A DNA stretch of 64,000 nucleotides from Deltaproteobacteria bacterium (lineage in GTDB: Bacteria > Desulfobacterota > Desulfobacteria > Desulfobacterales > ETH-SRB1). Positions 57,381 through 64,000 of the stretch are shown here, in pieces. Every line of letters begins with the position of its first letter. The stretch's first letter is position 1. The notes beneath the pieces were generated by a model. The model saw only the letters and a list, made by a program, of their open reading frames with translations, did no database searches and had not been told where the DNA came from. The stretch lies in the NCBI GenBank assembly GCA_030272815.1, contig JAJSZT010000001.1, positions 38,337 to 102,336 of the forward strand, read 5' to 3'. Position numbers and translations under genes: made by a program.

Positions 57381-57411
57381 CTGTCCTTATCCCAAAGATT
57401 CCATGATACCG

Positions 57412-57472
57412 TACAGCCTTCCACCTTCAGTCTTCAGCCTTCTACCTTCAGCCTAAATACCTGAGCAGTTAC
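57412..57472. repeat. family B right-arm fragment
   Basis: cagccttccaccttcagtcttcagccttctaccttcagcctaaatacctgagcagttac. It overlaps the stop of the antiporter gene. Confidence 0.65.
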
Positions 57473-58452
57473 AATGCCTTACCTGTAAGATAGATTATAT
57501 ATCCAACATAGCAGAATAAAAGAACAACTCCGTCTCTTCTCATAACTGTGTTTGTTTTTCTCATCATTACCCAGGGAAGAAAACTAATAAACAGCATAAC
57601 CAGGTAATCAATTAGTAAACCGCTCTGAATAAAACCACCTGGAATCAAAACAGGTCTAACCAGAGAGGCTGCCCCAAGCACCCCGAGTATGTTGAAAACA
57701 TTGCTTCCCACCAGATTGCCGATGCTGATATCCATCTCCTTTTTTATTGCCGCTACAACGGAAGTGGCAAGTTCAGGCAGCGAAGTTCCTAATGCTACAA
57801 CTGTAAGTCCAATAAACTTTTCGCTTATGCCAAATGTATGCATAATTTTTACTGCTGAATCTATGAGTATCTGTGCACCTGCAACTACGAATAGGATCCC
57901 CGCTACAATCAAGGCAATTTGCCTCGCCCTGGAAGGAATGTGTTCAACGTCCTCTGCTGCAAGCTCTTTACTAAATTTCTCTCTGCTTGATGCTTGTTTA
58001 GTTCCTTTTACCGCATAATAATAGTTCAAACAGACATAAATGATTATTCCGCCTAACAGAGTAACCCCCTCAAGCCTTCCTATTGTAGAATTGAGAGAAA
58101 TCAGCATGAGATATAAAGATATTCCGAGCATAATAGGGATATCCCGCTTAACAACGGATTCATTACTTTTAATGGGCATAAATAAAGACGCCAGACCGAG
58201 GACAAGAGCTATGTTACAAATATTGCTTCCAACAACATTGCCAACGGCTATCATGCTCTTTTTTTGAAAAGACGAAATAATACTTACAACAAGCTCTGGT
58301 GCCGAAGTGCCGAATGCAACTACCGTCAAGCCTATAACCAGTGGCGTTAAACCAAGGCTTCGCGCGAGACTGGACGCTCCTTTTACAAGCCACTCCGCTC
58401 CATAGTAAAGCATCAACAATCCGATAACAAATAACACACAGGCAAGCACCAT
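57469..58452 (-). CDS. CaCA-family calcium/sodium antiporter (YrbG-like)
   Basis: Two alpha-repeat signatures, GTSAPELVVSI and GTSLPELATSV. 327 aa with about 10 TM. Confidence 0.85.
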   Translation of the reverse strand: MVLACVLFVIGLLMLYYGAEWLVKGASSLARSLGLTPLVIGLTVVAFGTSAPELVVSIISSFQKKSMIAVGNVVGSNICNIALVLGLASLFMPIKSNESVVKRDIPIMLGISLYLMLISLNSTIGRLEGVTLLGGIIIYVCLNYYYAVKGTKQASSREKFSKELAAEDVEHIPSRARQIALIVAGILFVVAGAQILIDSAVKIMHTFGISEKFIGLTVVALGTSLPELATSVVAAIKKEMDISIGNLVGSNVFNILGVLGAASLVRPVLIPGGFIQSGLLIDYLVMLFISFLPWVMMRKTNTVMRRDGVVLLFCYVGYIIYLTGKAL

Positions 58453-58563
58453 CTCTTAAATCTCCATTTATAAAGCCATCAAATACTGATAAACAGATTA
58501 ATTTATATCTATAACAAATGTTTCAGAGTTAACAAACAATATAAATTTCTTATAAGAATTTAT

Positions 58564-58870
58564 GTAACCGTTCACGGCTTGAAACTTGAAATTGGAAAGT
58601 AGAAATTGGGGAGAGATGAAACGAGTTTACGAGTTGGATGTCTACAAACTTGCAGAAGAGTTATCAGATATGGTCTGGCATGACTTTGATAAATGGAACA
58701 AAAAGGTTCAGAACACCGTGGGCTATCGGATAATACGATCATCCGACAGCATAGCTGCAAATATAGCGGAAGGGTATGGTCGGCACACTCCCGCTGAATT
58801 GAATGCGTTCATCAACAGCACAAAAGCATGAAGGCCAAATTTCCAATTTCTATTTTCCGTGAACGCTTAC
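58564..58870. mobile_element. family A hairpin element, longest copy, carrying a four-helix-bundle gene
   Basis: Terminal inverted repeat gtaaccgttcacgg / ccgtgaacgcttac. The inner arms match copies at 9415, 22340 and 36463. The ORF sits between the arms, with the left arm supplying GGGGAGAG as RBS. Confidence 0.5.
58616..58831 (+). CDS. four-helix-bundle protein (23S rRNA intervening-sequence protein/Avd-like family), truncated
   Basis: YELDVYKLAEELSDMVW and RSSDSIAANIAEGYGR are the family signature. Only 71 aa, whereas my recollection is ~120 for the family. Confidence 0.65.
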   Translation: MKRVYELDVYKLAEELSDMVWHDFDKWNKKVQNTVGYRIIRSSDSIAANIAEGYGRHTPAELNAFINSTKA

Positions 58871-59070
58871 GAATTTATTTTGTATTCTGAATAGTTTTCT
58901 ATGATGCCGTGCTTGCTGTCAGCTATACAGGTTTGAGCTTTGAACCCGGTGACCGGTCGTTGATGTTAATTATGAAAATTATTTTGATCTTATGAGCATA
59001 TTTTTCATTGACAGCAGTCAATGTAAGCTTTATATTATGCTCAAATGAGCGTAATAGGAGAGAATATTCA

Positions 59071-59409
59071 ATGCCCCGACCCAAAAAGCCCAGATTTGTA
59101 TCCGCCTATCCGGCCATCGCTGCTTTTGTTCCTCAGGGAGTGACCGTTACCGGCGAGATTTTTATGTCCGTGGAAGAACTGGAATCTATTAGGCTAAGCG
59201 ATTTTGAACACCTGGATCAGGAAAGGGCCGCAAATATGATGGAGGTATCCCGGCATACCTACGGCCGAATTCTTGCCAATGGCCGCAGCATCGTAGCAGA
59301 AGCCCTGGTTACCGGAAAAGCCCTGAAAATCGGGGGCGGTGCATATGAATTTCGCGGCATGGGCGGGCGTCGACGCAGAAGAGGCGGAAGAGGGCATGGA
59401 AGGAGGTGA
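59071..59409 (+). CDS. DUF134 (UPF0251) family DNA-binding-like protein
   Basis: MPRPKKPRFVSAYPAIAAFVPQG and EELESIRLSDFEHLDQERAANMMEVSRHTYGRIL (sigma-70 region-4-like HTH), with an Arg/Gly tail. ATG 59071 has TAGGAGAG upstream. Confidence 0.75.
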   Translation: MPRPKKPRFVSAYPAIAAFVPQGVTVTGEIFMSVEELESIRLSDFEHLDQERAANMMEVSRHTYGRILANGRSIVAEALVTGKALKIGGGAYEFRGMGGRRRRRGGRGHGRR

Positions 59410-59414
59410 GCGAT

Positions 59415-59621
59415 ATGCCACAAAGAGATAGAACAGGCCCCCAGGGCCAGGGCCCGAAGACGGGACAAGGCCTAGGGAAATGTGGTCCTAAGGGCGGAAA
59501 CCCTGCACCACAGAGTCAAGGCGGTATGGAAACCGGCAGGGGACAGAGAGCAGGCAGGGGAGCCGGCCGAGGTCAGGGAAAAGGCAGAGGAGCGGGACAA
59601 GGCCGCGGTAACAGACGGTAA
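59415..59621 (+). CDS. DUF5320-like Gly/Arg-rich small protein (short form)
   Basis: MPQRDRTGPQGQGPKTGQGLGKCG N-terminus typical of DUF5320, with GGAGGTG upstream. It lacks the C-terminal coiled coil. Confidence 0.65.
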   Translation: MPQRDRTGPQGQGPKTGQGLGKCGPKGGNPAPQSQGGMETGRGQRAGRGAGRGQGKGRGAGQGRGNRR

Positions 59622-59669
59622 ACGGTAATCATTCAATCCAAAACAAAATTACATTGAGGAGGTAATACT

Positions 59670-60029
59670 ATGCCAGGATTTGATCAAACAGGTCCGATGG
59701 GTGCCGGCCCCATGACCGGCGGAGCCAGGGGCCTTTGTAATCCTGCAAATGCGGGATACAATCCCAGGTTCACTGAAGGCTTTAGCTATGGTAGAGGTTT
59801 AGGGCTAAGACGCGGATTTCGAGGTGGATTCGGCCCCAACCGGGGTTTGGGACGCGGTTTTGGCAGAGGTTACGAATGGTATCCGCCTGCTGTTGGCCCG
59901 GCCTATCCGGCGGGCGCATCAGATGAGATAGACACGCTAAAGGCTGACGCCAATTACATGCGAAAATCATTGGATGCTATCAATAAACGAATTGAGGAAT
60001 TGGAAAAGAAACCTTCCGCATCATCTTAA
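59670..60029 (+). CDS. DUF5320 family protein
   Basis: MPGFDQTGPMGAGPMTGGARGLCN N-terminus, an RG-rich middle and a C-terminal coiled coil EIDTLKADANYMRKSLDAINKRIEELEK. Confidence 0.75.
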   Translation: MPGFDQTGPMGAGPMTGGARGLCNPANAGYNPRFTEGFSYGRGLGLRRGFRGGFGPNRGLGRGFGRGYEWYPPAVGPAYPAGASDEIDTLKADANYMRKSLDAINKRIEELEKKPSASS

Positions 60030-60069
60030 TTGAGCCGCAGTGCTGTGAGGCTGCATGATACTAAATGAA

Positions 60070-60105
60070 TTAAGGGGTGGTAAATATACTGCCCCTTAAT
60101 TTTTT
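60070..60105 (+). terminator. rho-independent terminator
   Basis: Stem ttaagggg / ccccttaa (60070..60077 and 60092..60099) followed by tttttt. Confidence 0.65.
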
Positions 60106-60144
60106 ACTCGACCTGCAATTTAAATTAAGTATTTTGGGTAATCA

Positions 60145-60385
60145 TCAGACATCCAGATCATCAAGAGGACTCAAGACACCATGTCCTCCTTGTTTCAACA
60201 CATGGGTGTTGCAACATCCTTGTGGCCTAACAAAGTTAAATCCTGCCGATTCGTCATGCTGTGGTACCGTATATATCGTTTAATCCAGTCGCAATACGTT
60301 CGTTCTGTATGGATTGAGTAGTGATGCGTCGCATCACATCCCGAACTTCATCTAACAATTTCCTGTTTTTTTGAAATGTTGACAT
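60145..60385 (-). pseudogene. heavily deleted integron-type tyrosine recombinase remnant
   Basis: The minus strand encodes MSTFQKNRKLLDEVRDVMRR... (IntI-like N-terminus). In shifted frames it encodes LLGHKDVAT and HVLKQGGHGVLSPLDDL, the IntI C-terminal LGH..V.TT.IYTHVL...GV.SPL block. The catalytic core is missing. Confidence 0.6.
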
Positions 60386-60492
60386 ATTATACACTTTTCA
60401 AATATGATGTCACGATATTAGGATAATAAGGCAAAGCAAATTTGCTTGTCAATCAATGGTTATGTGCAAATAATCATAAGGAAGGAGATACA

Positions 60493-60759
60493 ATGCCTAC
60501 TATTTCTATGTTTTACGGAATCATAATCCGAATGTATTGCTTCCCGGGTGAGCACAATCCTCCACATATCCATGCGTACTACCAAGACTTTAAAGCTGTC
60601 ATAGATATTCAGGCATGTGAAATAACGGAAGGGAAATTACCACGGAAGCAAGCTAAACTTGTTTTGGCATGGACTGAAATTCACAAAGAAGAACTGATAG
60701 CGGATTGGGAGTTATCTTCAAAAGGCGAGTTGCCATTTAAAATTGACCCTCTGAGATAA
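60493..60759 (+). CDS. DUF4160 family protein
   Basis: MPTISMFYGIIIRMYCFPGEHNPPHIHAYYQDFKAVIDI is the canonical DUF4160 N-terminus. ATG 60493 has AAGGAGA upstream. Confidence 0.8.
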   Translation: MPTISMFYGIIIRMYCFPGEHNPPHIHAYYQDFKAVIDIQACEITEGKLPRKQAKLVLAWTEIHKEELIADWELSSKGELPFKIDPLR

Positions 60760-60773
60760 GAAGGGAGGAATTC

Positions 60774-61022
60774 ATGTATTTATCAGTTAAAAGTGTAAAG
60801 CCGCTTGATGGATACAAATTGCTTTTAAAGTTCGAAAATGATGAGGAGAAAGTATTTGATGTTTCCCCATATTTGGATTTAGGGAAATTTTCAGAATTAA
60901 AAGATGTTTCCTTATTTAATTCGGTAACAGTTAGCTTCGATACAATTAAGTGGTCAAATCATTTGGATTTGGATCCAGAGCTTTTGTATCAAAAAAGCAC
61001 TCTGCTTCATCAAGACACATAA
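60774..61022 (+). CDS. DUF2442 family protein
   Basis: VKSVKPLDGYKLLLKFENDEEKVFDVSPYL is typical of DUF2442, and the protein is the usual partner of DUF4160. Confidence 0.75.
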   Translation: MYLSVKSVKPLDGYKLLLKFENDEEKVFDVSPYLDLGKFSELKDVSLFNSVTVSFDTIKWSNHLDLDPELLYQKSTLLHQDT

Positions 61023-61365
61023 CAATCGCATACACTCTAACAAGCAGGGTCGGACGCCTGTAGCATTTGCCAAACTTGGGTAGTCCCTACAAAACAGTGC
61101 AGGTTTGGAAATACCGCCATGTTTTGCTTTGTAAACACCTGATTTTTCACCATGTGCTGCCAGAAGCTATAATATGTAACTTGTTGAAATTATTGACCCG
61201 CATTGTTTTGTAGGGACTACCAGCTGAAGGACTCCAGCCTCAAAGCGGACGAGCTGTTTCTGGTGACCAGAGACAGTGATAAAAAACTGGACAGTACAAG
61301 ATTCGTCCCCCTCTGGGAGTGGCTTCTGAGCAGGGACTTTTTTTGAAGGAAAGGAGGTAAAATAC

Positions 61366-62217
61366 ATGAAAGTACGGAAAGCTATGCTTGCTGGAAGCTG
61401 GTATCCGGAAAGCGCTTCAGAATGCGAAAGAGAAATAAACAATTTTCTTAATGATGCCACTGTTAGCCCTTCATCAAAAAATAAATTAACAGGAGGGATC
61501 GTACCCCATGCAGGGTGGTATTATTCAGGCAGTATTGCCTGCAATGTAATAAATTGTCTTAAAAAAGGAGCTGATCCGGATGTTTTTGTAATTTTTGGAA
61601 TGCATCTGGGGCCTGAATCTCCTTGCTACATTATGAAAGAAGGAATATGGGAAACTCCTTTTGGTGATATTCAAATAGAAAAAGAGATTGCAGGAGAACT
61701 CGTTAAAAGATTTAACTTCAACGTCGAAACCCCTGAATATTTTACAGAAGACAATACAATAGAACTCCAGCTTCCTTTTATAAAATACTTGTTTGGAGAT
61801 GTTAAAATTGTACCTGTAGGTGTACCTCCTGCAAAAAAATCCCTTGAAATAGGAAGAGCGGCTGCAGATATTTCAACCAAGCTGGGCCTGAATATTAAAG
61901 TCATTGGATCAACCGACCTCACACATTATGGTTTAAACTATGGTTTTATGCCCGAAGGAACCGGTCATTCAGCGGTTGACTGGGTGCGCAAGGTCAATGA
62001 TAAAAGAATAATTGAAATTATGCTCGAAATGGACCCGAACAAAGTTATAAGTGAAGCCTTAAAACACCAGAATGCTTGCTGTTCCGGGGCTGCTGCAGCA
62101 GCAATTGCTGCCGCAAAACAGCTCGGTGCTGATCATGCAGATGCTATAGTTTATGCGACAAGTTATGACAAAAGGCCGAGTGACAGTTTTGTAGGATATG
62201 CAGGAATAGTATTTTGA
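61366..62217 (+). CDS. AmmeMemoRadiSam system protein B (MEMO1-like)
   Basis: RKAMLAGSWYPESASE, GGIVPHAGWYYSG and GSTDLTHYG match MEMO-family metal-site motifs. 283 aa. Confidence 0.8.
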   Translation: MKVRKAMLAGSWYPESASECEREINNFLNDATVSPSSKNKLTGGIVPHAGWYYSGSIACNVINCLKKGADPDVFVIFGMHLGPESPCYIMKEGIWETPFGDIQIEKEIAGELVKRFNFNVETPEYFTEDNTIELQLPFIKYLFGDVKIVPVGVPPAKKSLEIGRAAADISTKLGLNIKVIGSTDLTHYGLNYGFMPEGTGHSAVDWVRKVNDKRIIEIMLEMDPNKVISEALKHQNACCSGAAAAAIAAAKQLGADHADAIVYATSYDKRPSDSFVGYAGIVF

Positions 62218-62221
62218 AAAA

Positions 62222-63058
62222 TTAAAAAAATGAAATAATTAATTTTAATGCTTCATTTCGTGCAATTGGCTGCGAAAAATAATGATCTACATCCAAAGAA
62301 TGGAAGGTGACCTGTGGGCATAATCGTTTAATATCATTCTCATAATTTACTTTGAAACCAGTATCAAAAATTTCCAAAATTCTATCTTTACGAGCATAAA
62401 GACATAAAACAGGAGTTTTATCCAAACATACACCGCGCAAAGGCTCCCAGGTAAATAATTCTGATACAATTCTAAACAGACTGGTTCTTCTCCGTTCTAA
62501 TACACCGAAATAATTCTCATTTTTTTCAATTCCCGGGAACAGGAAGTCCATGTAATAGCTGACCGCCTCTATTGTTTTTTTAAGACTTTTATGAGGCGAA
62601 AATTTCTCCCGGTAATATGAAAAAAAAGAATTTATAACTGACTTAAGACATAATTTTGAAATTGCATTTATTAGCACCAGTCTTTTAAAAGGTTCCTCCA
62701 GGCTGTGAGCCGCATACAGGATGGGTATCGCGGAATAACAAGAAGCTATGCCGTATAAAGGCAAACTTTCTTTTTGGCTCAGCCTGCATACATGTAAAAG
62801 CATATGCAAGGTATCCTGATTGGAAGATTTAAGTGAAAATTTATCTGATGAGCCTCCATGTCCGGAAAAGTTAAAAGAGATAAGGTCATATTTCTTGCGA
62901 ATTAACCAGCGAAAGGAAATTACCTGTTGTGATAATTTGCCGCCTATCAGTGGCGGAACAAATATAAGACCCTTTGGGGAAGTATTTCTTATACGGCCCC
63001 ACTCAATGCTCTTATTTTTTCCAGTATATAGATAACCCTTTTCAAAAATTGTCTTCAT
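62222..63058 (-). CDS. probable alpha/beta-fold hydrolase
   Basis: LIFVPPLIGG, FNFSGHGGS, a nucleophile-elbow-like YGIASCYSA and a C-terminal DVDHYF. Weak, pattern-based only. Confidence 0.45.
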   Translation of the reverse strand: MKTIFEKGYLYTGKNKSIEWGRIRNTSPKGLIFVPPLIGGKLSQQVISFRWLIRKKYDLISFNFSGHGGSSDKFSLKSSNQDTLHMLLHVCRLSQKESLPLYGIASCYSAIPILYAAHSLEEPFKRLVLINAISKLCLKSVINSFFSYYREKFSPHKSLKKTIEAVSYYMDFLFPGIEKNENYFGVLERRRTSLFRIVSELFTWEPLRGVCLDKTPVLCLYARKDRILEIFDTGFKVNYENDIKRLCPQVTFHSLDVDHYFSQPIARNEALKLIISFF

Positions 63059-63207
63059 ATAAAACTTGATGAATTTGCCTTTTTAAGAATTGATAATATT
63101 GACATGTTATCTAATAGCAATTACAGTAATTTTTATCTATTGTCTGAACGGAAACCTCGATTTCTTGTAGGTTGGGTTGAGTTCCTCAATTTTCGTTCAG
63201 GCACTAT

Positions 63208-63410
63208 CGTAATAGTTCACCACGGATTTTCACGGAATTACACTGAATTATCGTAACTGTTCAGGTTGTTAGGTTCACGGTTGGTTGCCTTGTTCAATTT
63301 TTATCGCTCTCTAACCTTGAACCGTGAACTGTGAACCTGAGTAGTTACACTTACTCATTGTTTTCAATTTTCAGTGAAACTCCGTGTCGTTCCGTGGTGA
63401 ACTTTTACGG
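63208..63410. repeat. nested palindromes (outer gttcaccacgga.../...tccgtggtgaac; inner gtaactgttcaggt.../...acctgagtagttac)
   Basis: The inner element uses family B terminal arms with gttcacgg-type internal motifs. A family C right arm (ttttcgttcaggcacta) lies just upstream at ~63200. Confidence 0.7.
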
Positions 63411-63435
63411 ATAAAACAATTCTCGGAGGCCGATT

Positions 63436-63864
63436 GTGTACTCAAAAATACTTATTCTTCGCTTTCCAAAAACTATGGTTCAAAAGCCTATAGTCTGTTA
63501 CCTCGTTAAAGATTATGATCTTACCTTTAATATCCTTAATGCCACAGTACTGCCCAGAAAAGAGGGAGTTATGGTTCTTGAACTATCCGGAACCAGAAAA
63601 AACTTCAGAGAAGGTGTACAATATCTCAAGACTGAAGGAGTAAACGTTCAGAATGCATCCCAGGAAGTAAAGCATGATAATAAAAAATGCACGCATTGCG
63701 GAGCATGCACTGCTGTCTGCCCAACCGGCGCTCTGTCCATTCAAAGGCCCGAAATGAATGTTGTGTTCGATCAAAAAAAATGCAGCGTATGTGAACTTTG
63801 CGTACCCGCCTGCCCACCCAGGGCAATGGAAGTTCGCCCTACAAAAAACACTTTTTTTGAATGA
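63436..63864 (+). CDS. NIL-domain + 2x[4Fe-4S] ferredoxin protein
   Basis: The N-terminus (KPIVCYLVKDYDLTFNILNATV...GVMVLELSG) is NIL-like. CTHCGACTAVCP and CSVCELCVPACP are the clusters. GTG start with GGAGG 6 nt upstream. Confidence 0.75.
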   Translation: MYSKILILRFPKTMVQKPIVCYLVKDYDLTFNILNATVLPRKEGVMVLELSGTRKNFREGVQYLKTEGVNVQNASQEVKHDNKKCTHCGACTAVCPTGALSIQRPEMNVVFDQKKCSVCELCVPACPPRAMEVRPTKNTFFE

Positions 63865-64000
63865 AACGGTTAACGGCCATAGCGATAAGCGGCGGCGTAG
63901 ATTCTCTGACAGCAGCCTATTTATTAAAAAAACAGGGCCTTAAACTCATTGGTATCCATTTTATAACCGGATATGAAACCAGGCCCAGTTATCATAAAAA
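63861..64000 (+). CDS. mnmA: PP-loop ATPase, MnmA-like tRNA 2-thiouridylase (5-prime partial, runs off window)
   Basis: MKRLTAIAISGGVDSLTAAYLLKKQGLKLIGIHF carries the SGGVDS PP-loop in a MnmA-like context. ATGA start/stop overlap with the preceding gene. Confidence 0.6.
   Translation, partial: MKRLTAIAISGGVDSLTAAYLLKKQGLKLIGIHFITGYETRPSYHK

Noticed and set aside
58616-58831. Avd-like four-helix-bundle gene as a sign of a diversity-generating retroelement
   Set aside because: There is no reverse transcriptase gene and no template/variable repeat pair anywhere in the window. The gene is truncated and embedded in a hairpin repeat.
59194-59468. 75-aa and 69-aa minus-strand ORFs
   Set aside because: They are antisense products of the GC-rich Arg/Gly-coding region of the DUF134/DUF5320 genes.
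60222-60236. GCCTAAC/GTTAGGC integron core-site-like heptamer
   Set aside because: It is produced by the LLGH codons of the integrase remnant itself, and no partner core site lies at attC distance.
60077-60283. 68-aa plus-strand ORF
   Set aside because: It lies antisense to the integrase remnant, with no RBS and no recognisable features.

Overview
Chromosomal window, moderately AT-rich. The gene content looks like an anaerobic Desulfobacterota-type (sulfate-reducer-like) bacterium, but this is inference from gene content only. No rRNA or tRNA genes were seen.

Layout:
(1) 17-5678: an atypical five-gene Hsp70 module. It comprises a TPR-like 835-aa protein, a J-like protein with HPD replaced by TPE, a GrpE-like protein, a short-lid Hsp70 and a Zn-ribbon protein.
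(2) 5932-11673: a frameshifted radC, a LarE-like PP-loop ATPase, a receiver/HD-GYP protein and a histidine kinase/response regulator pair.
(3) 11961-22336: two paralogous PEP-synthase-like enzymes flanking a sigma-54 activator, three CBS-only proteins and a DASS transporter.
(4) 22340-38350: a type III CRISPR-Cas locus. Three arrays (5, 9 and 5 copies of a 37-bp repeat ending ATTGAGAC) each sit behind the same 197-nt leader. Gene order is cas6, an AAA/PD-(D/E)XK ATPase, cas10 (GGDD intact, no HD dyad), csm2, csm3, csm4, a PD-(D/E)XK-like unknown in the csm5 slot, a CARF protein fused to a nucleoside-2-deoxyribosyltransferase/TIR-like domain, cas1 and cas2. A UPF0175/PIN toxin-antitoxin pair, a frameshifted second cas2 and rearrangement scars follow.
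(5) 38393-54424: a dense signalling region with five sensor kinases, several receivers, two NtrC-type activators, a second CBS + DASS module and a pseudo-receiver with a Cys-rich tail.
(6) 54688-58452: a consensus sigma-54 promoter driving a CBS/TauE-like/membrane-protein operon, plus a CaCA antiporter.
(7) 58564-64000: a hairpin element carrying a truncated four-helix-bundle gene, DUF134 with two DUF5320 genes, a decayed integron-type integrase next to a DUF4160/DUF2442 pair, a MEMO-like protein, a hydrolase, a NIL-ferredoxin and the start of mnmA.

Most intergenic spacers are occupied by nested palindromic repeat families.

The most interesting observations are:
- the CARF-NDT/TIR-like effector candidate;
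- a 36/36/36-bp repeat-insert-repeat scar inside the neighbouring accessory gene, which looks like an ectopic Cas1-Cas2 integration;
- the minimal HD-less type III complement;
- the modular duplication of leader-array-trailer units.
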